Source: an uncultured Sphingobium sp. (GTDB lineage: Bacteria > Pseudomonadota > Alphaproteobacteria > Sphingomonadales > Sphingomonadaceae). From it: 64,000 bases of DNA. Each line of letters begins with the position of its first letter. Positions within the stretch are counted from its first letter, which is position 1. The notes beneath the pieces are model-generated. The model saw only the letters and a list, made by a program, of their open reading frames with translations. It searched no databases and had not been told where the DNA came from. Location: contig CBFHAG010000005.1 in the NCBI GenBank assembly GCA_965653535.1, forward strand, positions 6,037 to 70,036. Direction: 5' to 3'. Position numbers and translations under genes: made by a program. Below, piece after piece: positions 50,496-59,902 of this stretch.

Positions 50496-50514
50496 AAACA
50501 GGTCATACCAGTTT
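50496..50514. promoter_or_regulatory. FadR-subfamily operator candidate AAACAGGTCATACCAGTTT
   Basis: 19-bp palindrome with one arm mismatch, in the GHL6/IclR divergent region. Confidence 0.65.
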
Positions 50515-50566
50515 ATGATAAGGCTCTCGCTCGTGCGGTGATAGCTGATGAGGTGAGGAAACAGGC

Positions 50567-51361
50567 GTGACCGACATTCAGCAAGAGCCGGAAAATGGCT
50601 TGCTAGGGCGAGTCCAGTCTTTGGTGCGGGCGTTCGGCATCCTCGATGAGCTTGCCAAGAGCGACAGCATGACGCTGAGCGAGTTGGCCCGCGCGGTCGG
50701 ATTGCCCCGTTCCACCACTCACCGCATGCTGACCACCATGGAAGCGTTGCGCTACGTCGCATTCGACCGGCAACGAAATGGCTGGTCGATCGGCGTGCAG
50801 GCCTTCACCGTGGGCGCGGTATTCGCCCAGACGCGCGACCTTGGCCAGCTTGGCCGCACCATCATGCAGTCGCTGATGTCGCAGGTGCAGCATTGCGTGA
50901 ACGTCGCGGTGCCGGAGGGTGCCGGCGTCTGCTATATCGGGCAGGTCGCGACCAATGGCTTTCGCCAGACGGCCGCGCGCCCCGGTGCGGTGCTGCCGCT
51001 GCACACCACCGCATCGGGCAAGGTGTTGATGGCACACTGGTCCCGTTCAGAGTTTGACCGCTATCTGGATAGCGCTCCGCTCACGGCGCGCACCGCGCGC
51101 AGCATCATCGATGGCGACCGTTTGCGGGGCGAACTGGCAGACATCAGGGCGCGCGGATATGCGTTGGATGATGAGGAGCATAGTGATGGCTTGCGGTGCG
51201 TCGCGGCTGTTGTCCAGGACCGCTATGGCCTGCCCAAGGGATCGCTGTCGATTTCGGATCGCTCATCCCAGCTGACGCGCGCCCGGCTGGACGAGTTGGG
51301 GCCGACGCTGATCAGCGCGGCCACGCGGATGAGCGTAGAAATTGCGGCGCAGAGTTTCTGA
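50567..51361 (+). CDS. IclR-family regulator
   Basis: VQSLVRAFGILD, GLPRSTTHRML, LHTTASGKVL, GYALDDEEH..GLRCVA. Confidence 0.92.
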   Translation: MTDIQQEPENGLLGRVQSLVRAFGILDELAKSDSMTLSELARAVGLPRSTTHRMLTTMEALRYVAFDRQRNGWSIGVQAFTVGAVFAQTRDLGQLGRTIMQSLMSQVQHCVNVAVPEGAGVCYIGQVATNGFRQTAARPGAVLPLHTTASGKVLMAHWSRSEFDRYLDSAPLTARTARSIIDGDRLRGELADIRARGYALDDEEHSDGLRCVAAVVQDRYGLPKGSLSISDRSSQLTRARLDELGPTLISAATRMSVEIAAQSF

Positions 51362-51536
51362 TCCGGCCTTGCCGGGAAAATCAGACTGTCGCTTTTCTTT
51401 CAGGCCGCAGGCTATGATCTTCGACTTCACCGTCAAGCAATAGTCCGCGACCGGGTGCCTTGCCTTCGCATGTGACCTCAGCTTTCCGCCGACGTCCTTC
51501 TCCCGGAAGGATGTCGGCGAACGTCTCTGCTCCTGA

Positions 51537-52778
51537 TCAGATCACATTCAAAGCCCGCAGTTCAGCAATACGGGCATCATCATAGCCGATCGTCTTCAAT
51601 ATCTCGTCACTATGCTCACCGATCAGGGGCGGGGCCGCGCGGATTGTCGCTGGAGTCCTCGACATATGGGCGAGCGGGCTTGCGATGAGGTCGACCGACC
51701 CGCTTTCCGCCCATGGATGGGGTGTGGCGGCGCGAAGGTTCCGGTGCTTGACTTGTGGTTCATCCCAAACTTCGTCGAGATCATTATAGCGAGCCGCAGG
51801 AATGCCGACGCCATCGAACATGGCCTGGAGATCAGCGGTCGTGAACCCGCGGCTCCAATCGTTGATGATGTCCATCAACTCGACGCGGTGCAGCTTGGCG
51901 CGCTTCATGTTGGAATTGAAGCGGTCATCCTCGTACAATTCCGGCTGCTCCATCAGGACGGTCAGGCGTCGCCAATGTTCGTCGCCGCCCGCGCTCAGGT
52001 ACATGATGCCGTCTGCGCAGTGAATGACGTCTGCAGGTCCGCCACCATTTCCGCCATTGCCGAAGCGGGGCGGAGCCACGCCGCCGATCAGATAGTCCTG
52101 CATGATATGGCTCACCATCGCCACAGAGCTGTCGAGCAGGGCAATGTCGATAAATTGCCCCTCTCCAGTCCGGCTGCGATGCATGAGGGCACCCAGGATT
52201 GCGAGTGCGGCGTTATGGCCAGTCATGAAATCGACCAGGCTGGGGCCCGCTTTCAGCGGACCGGCACCGGGCTGACCGTCGGGAATGCCGGTGACCGCCA
52301 TCATGCCACCAGTGGCCTGGAACAGTCCGTCATATCCGGCGCGCGCGGCCATTGGCCCGGTCTGACCGAAACCGGTCACGGAGCAATAGATCAGGCGCGG
52401 GTTGATCGCGCGCAGGCTTTCATAATCCAGACCGAACCGCTTGAGGTCGCCGACCTTGTAATTTTCGATCATCACGTCCGCGGTCTTCACCAGTTCGCGG
52501 ATGATGTCCTGTCCTTCAGGCTTTGCGTGATTGACGGTGATGGAGCGCTTGTTGCGGTTGGATGCCGTGAAGAAGCTCGACTGGTGGAGTTCAACCCCGT
52601 CTTTGCCGGGAACCCACGCAAGGCCATAGCCGCGTCCGTCATCGCCGACTTTTGGCCGCTCGACCTTGATCACGTCGGCGCCCAAATCACCGAGTATCTG
52701 TGCGCCGATCGGCCCCGCAAACACGCGGCTCATATCGATAACCCTCACCCCCTCCAGGGCCGCCTTTGTATCCATCAT
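51537..52778 (-). CDS. CaiB/BaiF class III CoA-transferase
   Basis: LEGVRVID, GPIGAQILGDLGADVIKVERP, NRNKRSI, ENYK, FGQTGP..RAGYD, PPLIGEH. Confidence 0.92.
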   Translation of the reverse strand: MMDTKAALEGVRVIDMSRVFAGPIGAQILGDLGADVIKVERPKVGDDGRGYGLAWVPGKDGVELHQSSFFTASNRNKRSITVNHAKPEGQDIIRELVKTADVMIENYKVGDLKRFGLDYESLRAINPRLIYCSVTGFGQTGPMAARAGYDGLFQATGGMMAVTGIPDGQPGAGPLKAGPSLVDFMTGHNAALAILGALMHRSRTGEGQFIDIALLDSSVAMVSHIMQDYLIGGVAPPRFGNGGNGGGPADVIHCADGIMYLSAGGDEHWRRLTVLMEQPELYEDDRFNSNMKRAKLHRVELMDIINDWSRGFTTADLQAMFDGVGIPAARYNDLDEVWDEPQVKHRNLRAATPHPWAESGSVDLIASPLAHMSRTPATIRAAPPLIGEHSDEILKTIGYDDARIAELRALNVI

Positions 52779-53065
52779 GCTTCTCTGCCAATCTTGTAGT
52801 TCGTAACCAAAAGTCCATAATGCAGCGCAGGTGGGGTGCCTAACCCTCCCGGTCGGAGCCGTCATACCACTGGTTTTTATGCCCTCAAACGGTGCTGTTG
52901 ATGAGGGCGGGCAATAGGCCTGCTCCTGGTGATTGGCAATCAACGTCTATGCGCAGGCCGAGGGCGATTTAACGAGCCTCCGCAGGAGCGCTAAGCCAGT
53001 CTGGCTCGTTTCCGCTGATGCCGCAAATGCGTAATTATTTGCGTCCATACGGGGCGGTTTGAAAC

Positions 53066-53083
53066 GGTTGACGACTGTCAACC
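53066..53083. promoter_or_regulatory. Operator copy 1: GGTTGAC-GACT-GTCAACC (perfect 7-bp arms)
   Basis: One of four near-identical palindromes in the 51.5-62 kb block. Confidence 0.75.
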
Positions 53084-53181
53084 TATGGTCCAGCATGCCA
53101 TCTTCTGCTGCTCGAATCGCGCGGCCTGTTGTGCTGCGCGCGATGCGCGGCGAGGTTTCTTGCTTGCCTACGGAGTAACCG

Positions 53182-54246
53182 ATGACCACCGAATTTGCCG
53201 ACCAGTTCCGCCCATTCGCTCCGCCTTACGTGATCGAAGACGCCTATACTGAAGACCAGCGTCAGCGCCTGTTCAAGGTCGTGCGCGAAAACGGGCCGTG
53301 GCCGCTTATCCTTGCCGAGAATTTCAAATCTCCCGAAGAGGTTATTGCCACGACCGGCGGCGTCATTCCCGAAGGCGTGACCCTCACTTGGGACATGATC
53401 CTGCGAGGCAGCGGGACGTTCCGGGGGTACATCGCCCGTCAGGGTGTCTGCTTCTATCCTGAACTGAACGACTGCTACTATAACTCCAAGTTCCTCGAAA
53501 TGTCGCGCAACTATTGGGGTGCCAAATATGCCGAGCCGGAGACGTTTCTGATCAACATTCAGGGGCCGACCCTTATCGGTGGGCCGCCGCATCTGGACGG
53601 CGTGGTTTTCCGTGGAATGACTATGGAGAACACGCCGCTCTGGCTTCTCCTGACCATGGCCAAGTCCCGCATGTTCGAGCACTGGCGGAGCAAGAAGATG
53701 CAGGTCACGGGCTGGTATTATAAGGGCAATATCGGCGGCGGTTTCAATTATTGGCCGGACGGTCCGCGCGGCGAACCGAAGCAGATCACCGCGCCCATGT
53801 GGGGTCGCGCCGTTGCCGCCGAAAACGAGATGATGTTCCACCACGCTCAGGCGACCGGCCCGCTTGCGATGCGTCGTTCCGAAGGCCTCGATATCAGCAG
53901 CGTGATGGCCCCTGATCCGACGGTCGAAGGCGGTTGGCGGATCGAGACTAACGGAGTGGTTAATCAGCAGTTGCCGGCAGAGGAAGTGCGACTTCTGGTT
54001 CACTGGGGCGCACGTGTTTTCATGGACATGGCTGACCTTAAGCGCACGTTCGATCACACCGATGACATCACGCACGACCAGGCCCTGAACATGCTGATAG
54101 ATGAGGTTCGCAAGCGGGGCGTGACGTTCGAGATGCCGACCGATCCGATGACCGATCGCAAGTTTATCGCCATGCTCAGCCAGGTTTTTGCCGTGAACGG
54201 ACCGGCGAACATCCCGGCAGACATTAACGACCCTATCGCCGCCTGA
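53182..54246 (+). CDS. Hypothetical protein, possible Fe(II)/2-oxoglutarate-dioxygenase-like fold
   Basis: 354-aa ORF; PHLD (HxD), GGFNYWP, MFH, Arg about 11 residues later. Confidence 0.6.
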   Translation: MTTEFADQFRPFAPPYVIEDAYTEDQRQRLFKVVRENGPWPLILAENFKSPEEVIATTGGVIPEGVTLTWDMILRGSGTFRGYIARQGVCFYPELNDCYYNSKFLEMSRNYWGAKYAEPETFLINIQGPTLIGGPPHLDGVVFRGMTMENTPLWLLLTMAKSRMFEHWRSKKMQVTGWYYKGNIGGGFNYWPDGPRGEPKQITAPMWGRAVAAENEMMFHHAQATGPLAMRRSEGLDISSVMAPDPTVEGGWRIETNGVVNQQLPAEEVRLLVHWGARVFMDMADLKRTFDHTDDITHDQALNMLIDEVRKRGVTFEMPTDPMTDRKFIAMLSQVFAVNGPANIPADINDPIAA

Positions 54247-54364
54247 TAGCGGCTGACGATCAAAAATTTGAGCAAAAATGAATGGCGGGCCGGGTGCGGC
54301 TCGCCATTCATGTTTTCCGCGGTTGCGGAATTATCCATCCTGCAACGGCCCACGGCTTGACAGT

Positions 54365-54382
54365 GGTTGAATTGCGTCAACT
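54365..54382. promoter_or_regulatory. Operator copy 2: GGTTGAA-TTGC-GTCAACT
   Basis: Immediately after TTGACA (54357-54362), upstream of the TBDR. Confidence 0.75.
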
Positions 54383-54533
54383 ATCGCGGTCGGCGGGAAT
54401 AGGGGCGCAAGGTCGGCAGAAATGCTGGCCCAACGAACATCAAAGCCCAAACCGCCGATTGAACCCGTCGTTTATGCCGGGGACGGCGATGTCCTTTTGG
54501 GAAAGGGCATTGCTACATGAGGGGGAAGTAGCA

Positions 54534-57077
54534 ATGATGCGATCTGTACAAAAAAGCATGAAAATCCTTTATGCGTCAGGGATGACGGCGCTTTGGATCG
54601 CCGGCGCGGCGCAGGCGCAAGCCCAATCCACTGCTGGCTCGAATGAAGGCGTAAACTCGTTCCGCGACGAAATCATCGTCACCGCGCAACGCCGCGATGA
54701 GCGTGCGCAGGACGTTCCGATCGCCATCACGGCATTCTCGCCCGAACGCCTCCAGCAACAAAATATCACGCAGGCTCAGAACCTGCAGGCAACAGTTCCA
54801 TCCCTGGTCGTAGGCACTAACGGAGTACCGGCGCGAGAAGCGCAGAGCTTTACGATCCGTGGGCAGGGCGCAACCTTTCAGGCATCGCCCGGCGTGGTGG
54901 TGTATCTGAATGAAGTGCCTCTGCCCGCCGCGATCTCGCTACCGCAACAGGGCGGCGCAGGTAATTTCGTGGATCTGGAAAATGTGCAGATCCTGAACGG
55001 CCCGCAAGGAACGCTGTTCGGTCGCAATACGACTGGCGGCGCGGTCCTGCTGGTCCCGAAAAAGCCCACGAACAGTTTTGAAGGCTATGTTCAGGGCAAG
55101 TTCGGCAATTACGACAACAAGGAACTCGAAGGCGCGATCAACGTACCGATCGTCGATGACAAAGTTCTATTGCGTGTGGCGGGCGCATATCAGGACCGTG
55201 ACGGCTATACGCATGACGTTATCTGGAACACCGACCGCGATAATATGCACTGGTATTCGGGCCGTATCGGGTTGTCGCTGAAGCCGACGGAGAATTTCGA
55301 AAATTATACCATGGCCTATGGGGCGAATTCCCGGAACCACGGTACAGGCGTCGTCAACACGCATCTCAATGTTGCGGGTCTTGCCGCGGCCGGACTGCCC
55401 GACGGGAGCGGCGGCTTTCTTCCCTTTTGCGTAGAAGGCCCAACCACGGGCTCTGCCGCATCGTGCGACGTGTACAGGACGGCGAGTGCGGAAGCAGCGG
55501 CGCGGGGGCCGCGGCAGACGGCCCATGGGTCGAACTCGTTCCAGAATACCAAGACCTGGGGTATCACCAATACATCAACGCTGAATTTGAACGAAGAACT
55601 GACGCTGCGTAATATCGTGAGCTATCAGCGCTTCAAGACGACATATAGCATCGACAGTGACGGCACGATCTTCCAGTTAGACGATGGCGATCCCAGAAAC
55701 TATCCGGCCCCTGGTGTGGTAACTTTGCCGGGTGACGGAACCCCTGTTACTTATCTGAACGCCTCGCCGACGCGCCTGCCGCGAGACCATATCAAGGTCT
55801 TCACTGAGGAATTGCAGCTTCAGGGCGATCTGTTCGATAAGCTTCTCACCTTCACGGCGGGGGCGTTCTATTATGATCAGCGTCCAGCCGGGCCACAAGG
55901 TGCGGGCGCGACCGGTTACTGTCCGGTCGCTTTTACGGGCAATCCAGCCGTTTGCGGCGCGTATGATATCCGATACGCGATCACCAATACGTCCAAAGCG
56001 CTTTATGCGCAGGCGACGCTGGACCTGGGACTCGTCTCGCCTGCCTTGCAGAACCTGAAAGTGACCGGTGGATACCGGCATACGTGGGATAAGGTCAGTG
56101 GTTCAGCCAATTTGTACCAGTCTTTCGGTCCAGGGGCATTTTTCTGCTTTATCGACAATACACTGGCGTCAGATCCAACCGGTTGCCAGTTTGAAACAAC
56201 CCTAAAGACCAATGAGCCAACCTGGAACATCGGCGTGGATTACCGGTTCTCGCCAGCACTCCTCGTTTACGGGAAGGTCAGCCGCGGCTACAAGGCCGGT
56301 GGCATAAATGCCAATGCGGTCCGCATCACCACCCGCACGTTCCCGCCGGAATTCGTCACTTCCTATGAAGCCGGGTTCAAATCGGATGTGCGATTGGCTG
56401 GCATGCCGCTTCGGTTCAACGCCACTTATTATTATCTGAATTACAAGGGCATCCAGCGCGCGACCGGCGATTTCAATACCACCACCGGAGCGGCCGGGGC
56501 ACGCATCGTCACTGCGGATGCAAGGGTTCAAGGTATCGAGGCGGAAGCATCTTTGCGACCGGTGCCGGGGGTCGAGATTGGGGGCACCTTCAGCTACACC
56601 GACGCCAAGTATAAAAAATACGCATTCGTGCCGTCGAGCACGGTCGATCAGGATTGCACCGGCAATTCGGTCAGCGATCCAGCAACGGCAAATCTGACAT
56701 GCCTGCCGTTCCAATATGTGTCGCCCTATATCTATAGCTTCCATGTGTCGGCTGAGCAGCCGCTCGGCAACGATCTCGGCACAATCGCGATGTTCATGAA
56801 CTATTCGCACACATCGGCGCAGCATACGTCCGGGACCACTCTTGGGGTCAACCAGCCGGGTGAGCGGCTGGAACCGTTCGGAACGCTGAACCTGTCGCTT
56901 GACTGGAGGAATGTCGCGGGCAGCCGGGCTGACATCGGCTTCTACGCGACCAATCTCACGAACAAGCTGTATCGCGTCAGCAACAGCAATACCTATAATG
57001 GACAGTTCTTTACCGCGACATTATATGGCGAGCCGAGAATGTACGGTGTACGCCTGCGTTACTCATTTGGCGGGTAA
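54534..57077 (+). CDS. TonB-dependent receptor
   Basis: ATG 54534 after GAGGGGG; EIIVTAQRRDERAQDVP, QILNGPQGTLFGRNTTGGA, PRMYGVRLRYSF. Confidence 0.93.
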   Translation: MMRSVQKSMKILYASGMTALWIAGAAQAQAQSTAGSNEGVNSFRDEIIVTAQRRDERAQDVPIAITAFSPERLQQQNITQAQNLQATVPSLVVGTNGVPAREAQSFTIRGQGATFQASPGVVVYLNEVPLPAAISLPQQGGAGNFVDLENVQILNGPQGTLFGRNTTGGAVLLVPKKPTNSFEGYVQGKFGNYDNKELEGAINVPIVDDKVLLRVAGAYQDRDGYTHDVIWNTDRDNMHWYSGRIGLSLKPTENFENYTMAYGANSRNHGTGVVNTHLNVAGLAAAGLPDGSGGFLPFCVEGPTTGSAASCDVYRTASAEAAARGPRQTAHGSNSFQNTKTWGITNTSTLNLNEELTLRNIVSYQRFKTTYSIDSDGTIFQLDDGDPRNYPAPGVVTLPGDGTPVTYLNASPTRLPRDHIKVFTEELQLQGDLFDKLLTFTAGAFYYDQRPAGPQGAGATGYCPVAFTGNPAVCGAYDIRYAITNTSKALYAQATLDLGLVSPALQNLKVTGGYRHTWDKVSGSANLYQSFGPGAFFCFIDNTLASDPTGCQFETTLKTNEPTWNIGVDYRFSPALLVYGKVSRGYKAGGINANAVRITTRTFPPEFVTSYEAGFKSDVRLAGMPLRFNATYYYLNYKGIQRATGDFNTTTGAAGARIVTADARVQGIEAEASLRPVPGVEIGGTFSYTDAKYKKYAFVPSSTVDQDCTGNSVSDPATANLTCLPFQYVSPYIYSFHVSAEQPLGNDLGTIAMFMNYSHTSAQHTSGTTLGVNQPGERLEPFGTLNLSLDWRNVAGSRADIGFYATNLTNKLYRVSNSNTYNGQFFTATLYGEPRMYGVRLRYSFGG

Positions 57078-57116
57078 CACTGGCCATCGCCAGTGTTTTA
57101 ATTGAAGAGTGTCAAT

Positions 57117-57521
57117 ATGGCAGATGGTGTGAATAAGGTGACCGCACTAGGCTTTACCAAGCTGGTGGTCGAAGATCTGGACAAGGTGGCCGCATTTTAT
57201 GGAGCAGTATGCGGCCTGGTCGAGGAAGGGCGCGCCGACGAAAAGATTGCAGGGCGTCCCATTCGTGAGCTGTATTTCAAGTCGGATCCGCCGGGTACGG
57301 GGACCTTCACGCTGACGAAGTTTCTTGATGTCCAGAGGCCTGCCTCTGAGTCGGTCATCTTGGGCTTTATCGCCGATGATATCGACCAGTTCGTAGAAAA
57401 GGCGATCGGTGCAGGTGGTGAAGTCCTGGTCGCCGCTCATCCTCAGCCAGATCACGGCGTCAAAGTGGCCTTCCTCAAGGACGTCGAAGGCAATTGGATT
57501 GAGGTAGTCGAACTGCTCTGA
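57117..57521 (+). CDS. VOC/glyoxalase-family protein
   Basis: TKLVVEDLDKVAAFY, AFLKDVEGNWIEVVE. Confidence 0.85.
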   Translation: MADGVNKVTALGFTKLVVEDLDKVAAFYGAVCGLVEEGRADEKIAGRPIRELYFKSDPPGTGTFTLTKFLDVQRPASESVILGFIADDIDQFVEKAIGAGGEVLVAAHPQPDHGVKVAFLKDVEGNWIEVVELL

Positions 57522-57562
57522 CGCAGTTATTTCCGGCTCTGGAAATATCGAACTTGAATGAT

Positions 57563-57595
57563 AAGGGGCGGTGCGAAAGCGCCGCCCCTTTTTCT
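57563..57595. terminator. Intrinsic, probably bidirectional, terminator
   Basis: AAGGGGCGGTGC-GAAA-GCGCCGCCCCTT followed by a T-tract, between convergent genes. Confidence 0.8.
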
Positions 57596-57618
57596 TTATC
57601 GTGCTACCGGACCCAGGA

Positions 57619-58200
57619 TCAGCCGCGGAAACTGCCGGGATAGGCGATCTCGTCCAGAGATTTCCGCCCGCTTGGCACTTCGCGTTCCTGCAACTTTTCA
57701 GGCAGCGCGGCGGGGTCGCCCATACGGCCTATCGCTATTGCCGCTTCGATGCGGAAGCCGTCGGGAACGCCAAGTTCAGTCCGGCTTTTGTCCATTTCGA
57801 TCCCGGCCATCCCATGGGTGTGATAGCCGAGCATATGTGCCTGGAGCGCCATGGCTCCCCAGGCTGCGCCTGAATCGAAACTGTGTGAGTGGCTCGGCTT
57901 GTCCGGCGCGCCCATCGTTGTTTCGCTCACGATAAAGACCAGGGCGGACGCTTCCTTGGCCCAAAGGGCGTTGAAGGGCATGAGAAGATCGACGAAACGC
58001 GACCAGTTCGCGGCATCATCGCGCGTCGCGTACAAAAAGCGCCAGGGCTGATAATTGAAGGAAGATGGTGCCCAACGCCCTGCGTCGAATATGGTGCGCA
58101 GATCCTCAGCCGACATGACCGACCCATCAAATGCACGCGGCGACCAACGATGGAGAAAGATGGGGTCAAGAGCGGTGTCGGTCTGCCTGTTGGTCGTCAC
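57619..58200 (-). CDS. Nitroreductase-family protein
   Basis: HRWSPRAF, AGRWAPSSFNYQPWRF, FDSGAAW, HGMAG, IAIGRMGD. Confidence 0.9.
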   Translation of the reverse strand: MTTNRQTDTALDPIFLHRWSPRAFDGSVMSAEDLRTIFDAGRWAPSSFNYQPWRFLYATRDDAANWSRFVDLLMPFNALWAKEASALVFIVSETTMGAPDKPSHSHSFDSGAAWGAMALQAHMLGYHTHGMAGIEMDKSRTELGVPDGFRIEAAIAIGRMGDPAALPEKLQEREVPSGRKSLDEIAYPGSFRG

Positions 58201-58272
58201 TGATCGATCCTTCCATGAAAAAATTTAGCAAAAAGGGGCTTCGCACCCGCTGAGATGAAGGGCTTGACTAAA

Positions 58273-58290
58273 GGTTGTCGGCTGTCAACA
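58273..58290. promoter_or_regulatory. Operator copy 3: GGTTGTC-GGCT-GTCAACA
   Basis: After TTGACT in the nitroreductase/MFS divergent region. Confidence 0.7.
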
Positions 58291-58409
58291 GTTGTCGGCG
58301 ATTTTCGGGGTAGGCAGCGCGCTCATCAAATAGCGCGCTATTCGTTTTTCCTGGACGCAATCGGATGGGGCGGGAGATATCCTCCGCCAGTCGAAGAGAT
58401 GGTGGGTGC

Positions 58410-59684
58410 ATGACAGAAGATGTGGGCATGGATACGCGTGGCATTGGTTTGCGAGGCCGCGGTCGTGGCATGCTTCTTCGGGCGACGCTAGCGCAGAATG
58501 TCGGGACGGGATGCGCGTTCGGCGGGCTGGGCGTCAGCATCCTGGCCCTGCAGGATCGCTACGATGCGTCCCTGGGATCGACTGCGATGGCATTGTCCCT
58601 TGTCGTCCTGACCATGACGGTATTTGGTCCCTTGATCGCTGGCCTGATCGCCCGGTGGGGCCTTCGGCGAGTGATGTCGACCGGGGTTCTGACTTCCCTG
58701 ATAGGATATGCCGCGCTTGCTTATGCGCCCACCATGCCGATCGCGTTGGCCGTATGCGGCCTTCTGATCGGTCCGGGGGCTGCCTTGTTCGCCGCCCTGC
58801 CGCCGGCGGTTCTGGCGGGTGCCTGGTATCCCCATGCGCGGGGGCAGGTGATGGGGATTGCCTATCTTCCCATATTGGTCACCGTTATTCCGCTATTTGG
58901 GGTAAGCGTTATCCAGAATTATGGCTTAACGGTCTTTTTCCTGTCCCTCGCTGCCTTGCACCTGCTGCTGTTGCCGCTGGTGCTGGGTGTGATGGAGCCG
59001 CCGCCGGAAGTTCTGGATGAACAAGATTCGGTCGATGGCCCGGCCCTGGGTGCCCCACATGTCGTCATCATGGGCGGAGCGCTGTTCTGGTTGATCGTTC
59101 TGGGCGACGGCATTCTCAACGGGACGGCTATTGCCGGGTCGGCCCACGTGCTGCCGATCGTGGAGGGATATGGCGTTTCGCTGGAGACCGGAGCATTGCT
59201 GCTATCTGTTTCCGGGGTGTCCAGTATATTAGGTTCTTTGCTGGCGGGCTTCGTCTGTGACCGGGTCGGTTCAGCGAAAACGCTTGGATTTGCGGGAATA
59301 GGGTTCGCGGCTGCCTGGATAATCATGGCGTTTACGGGATGGTTACCCGCTTTGACGACTTCCGCGTTCCTCATGGGGCTTTGCGGCGCGTCGGTTTTCC
59401 CGCCGATCAGTGCGTTGGTCGTCCAGGTCTATGGCGCAGACGCCTTGCCGAAGGTGCTGGGCCTGTTGGGGGTCATGACGCTGCCCTTTTCATCTACCAT
59501 GTCCCCTGCTGCGGGATGGCTTCATGACGCCTTCGGTGGCTTTGAGCCTGTATTTGTCGGGATAGTCTCGGCCTGCCTTGTCGCGGGCGCAACATTTTTC
59601 GGCATCAATTGGCATCTCGCGCGAAAGACAGAGGCGGACCCAGAAATGCCGGTTGACCTTTTGTCGTCGGCTACGTCGGCCTGA
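58410..59684 (+). CDS. MFS transporter
   Basis: About 12 hydrophobic segments; IARWGLRRV and CDRVGSAKT loop motifs. Confidence 0.88.
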   Translation: MTEDVGMDTRGIGLRGRGRGMLLRATLAQNVGTGCAFGGLGVSILALQDRYDASLGSTAMALSLVVLTMTVFGPLIAGLIARWGLRRVMSTGVLTSLIGYAALAYAPTMPIALAVCGLLIGPGAALFAALPPAVLAGAWYPHARGQVMGIAYLPILVTVIPLFGVSVIQNYGLTVFFLSLAALHLLLLPLVLGVMEPPPEVLDEQDSVDGPALGAPHVVIMGGALFWLIVLGDGILNGTAIAGSAHVLPIVEGYGVSLETGALLLSVSGVSSILGSLLAGFVCDRVGSAKTLGFAGIGFAAAWIIMAFTGWLPALTTSAFLMGLCGASVFPPISALVVQVYGADALPKVLGLLGVMTLPFSSTMSPAAGWLHDAFGGFEPVFVGIVSACLVAGATFFGINWHLARKTEADPEMPVDLLSSATSA

Positions 59685-59745
59685 CAACATCGATCCTGCT
59701 CCACCGTCGATTTTCTGCCGCGCCCGTCATCTTGCTCTTGACAAA

Positions 59746-59763
59746 GGTTGAAGATCGTCAACT
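59746..59763. promoter_or_regulatory. Operator copy 4: GGTTGAA-GATC-GTCAACT
   Basis: Immediately after TTGACA (59738-59743), upstream of the monooxygenase. Confidence 0.75.
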
Positions 59764-59902
59764 ATTACGCTCAGATGGGTGGGCAAGCCGCGCCGGGGAC
59801 GTGATGACGATGTCTCAGGGCGTCGGCTGCTTTTCAGTCATCCAAGAAGCGATTCGATACGAACAATGAAGTTGGTCTAAATCAGCAAGAGAGGTTCATG
59901 AT

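Noticed and set aside
58236-58256. TTCGCACCCGCT as a possible second att copy of the tRNA 3' end
   Set aside because: Short and gapped match, within chance expectation.
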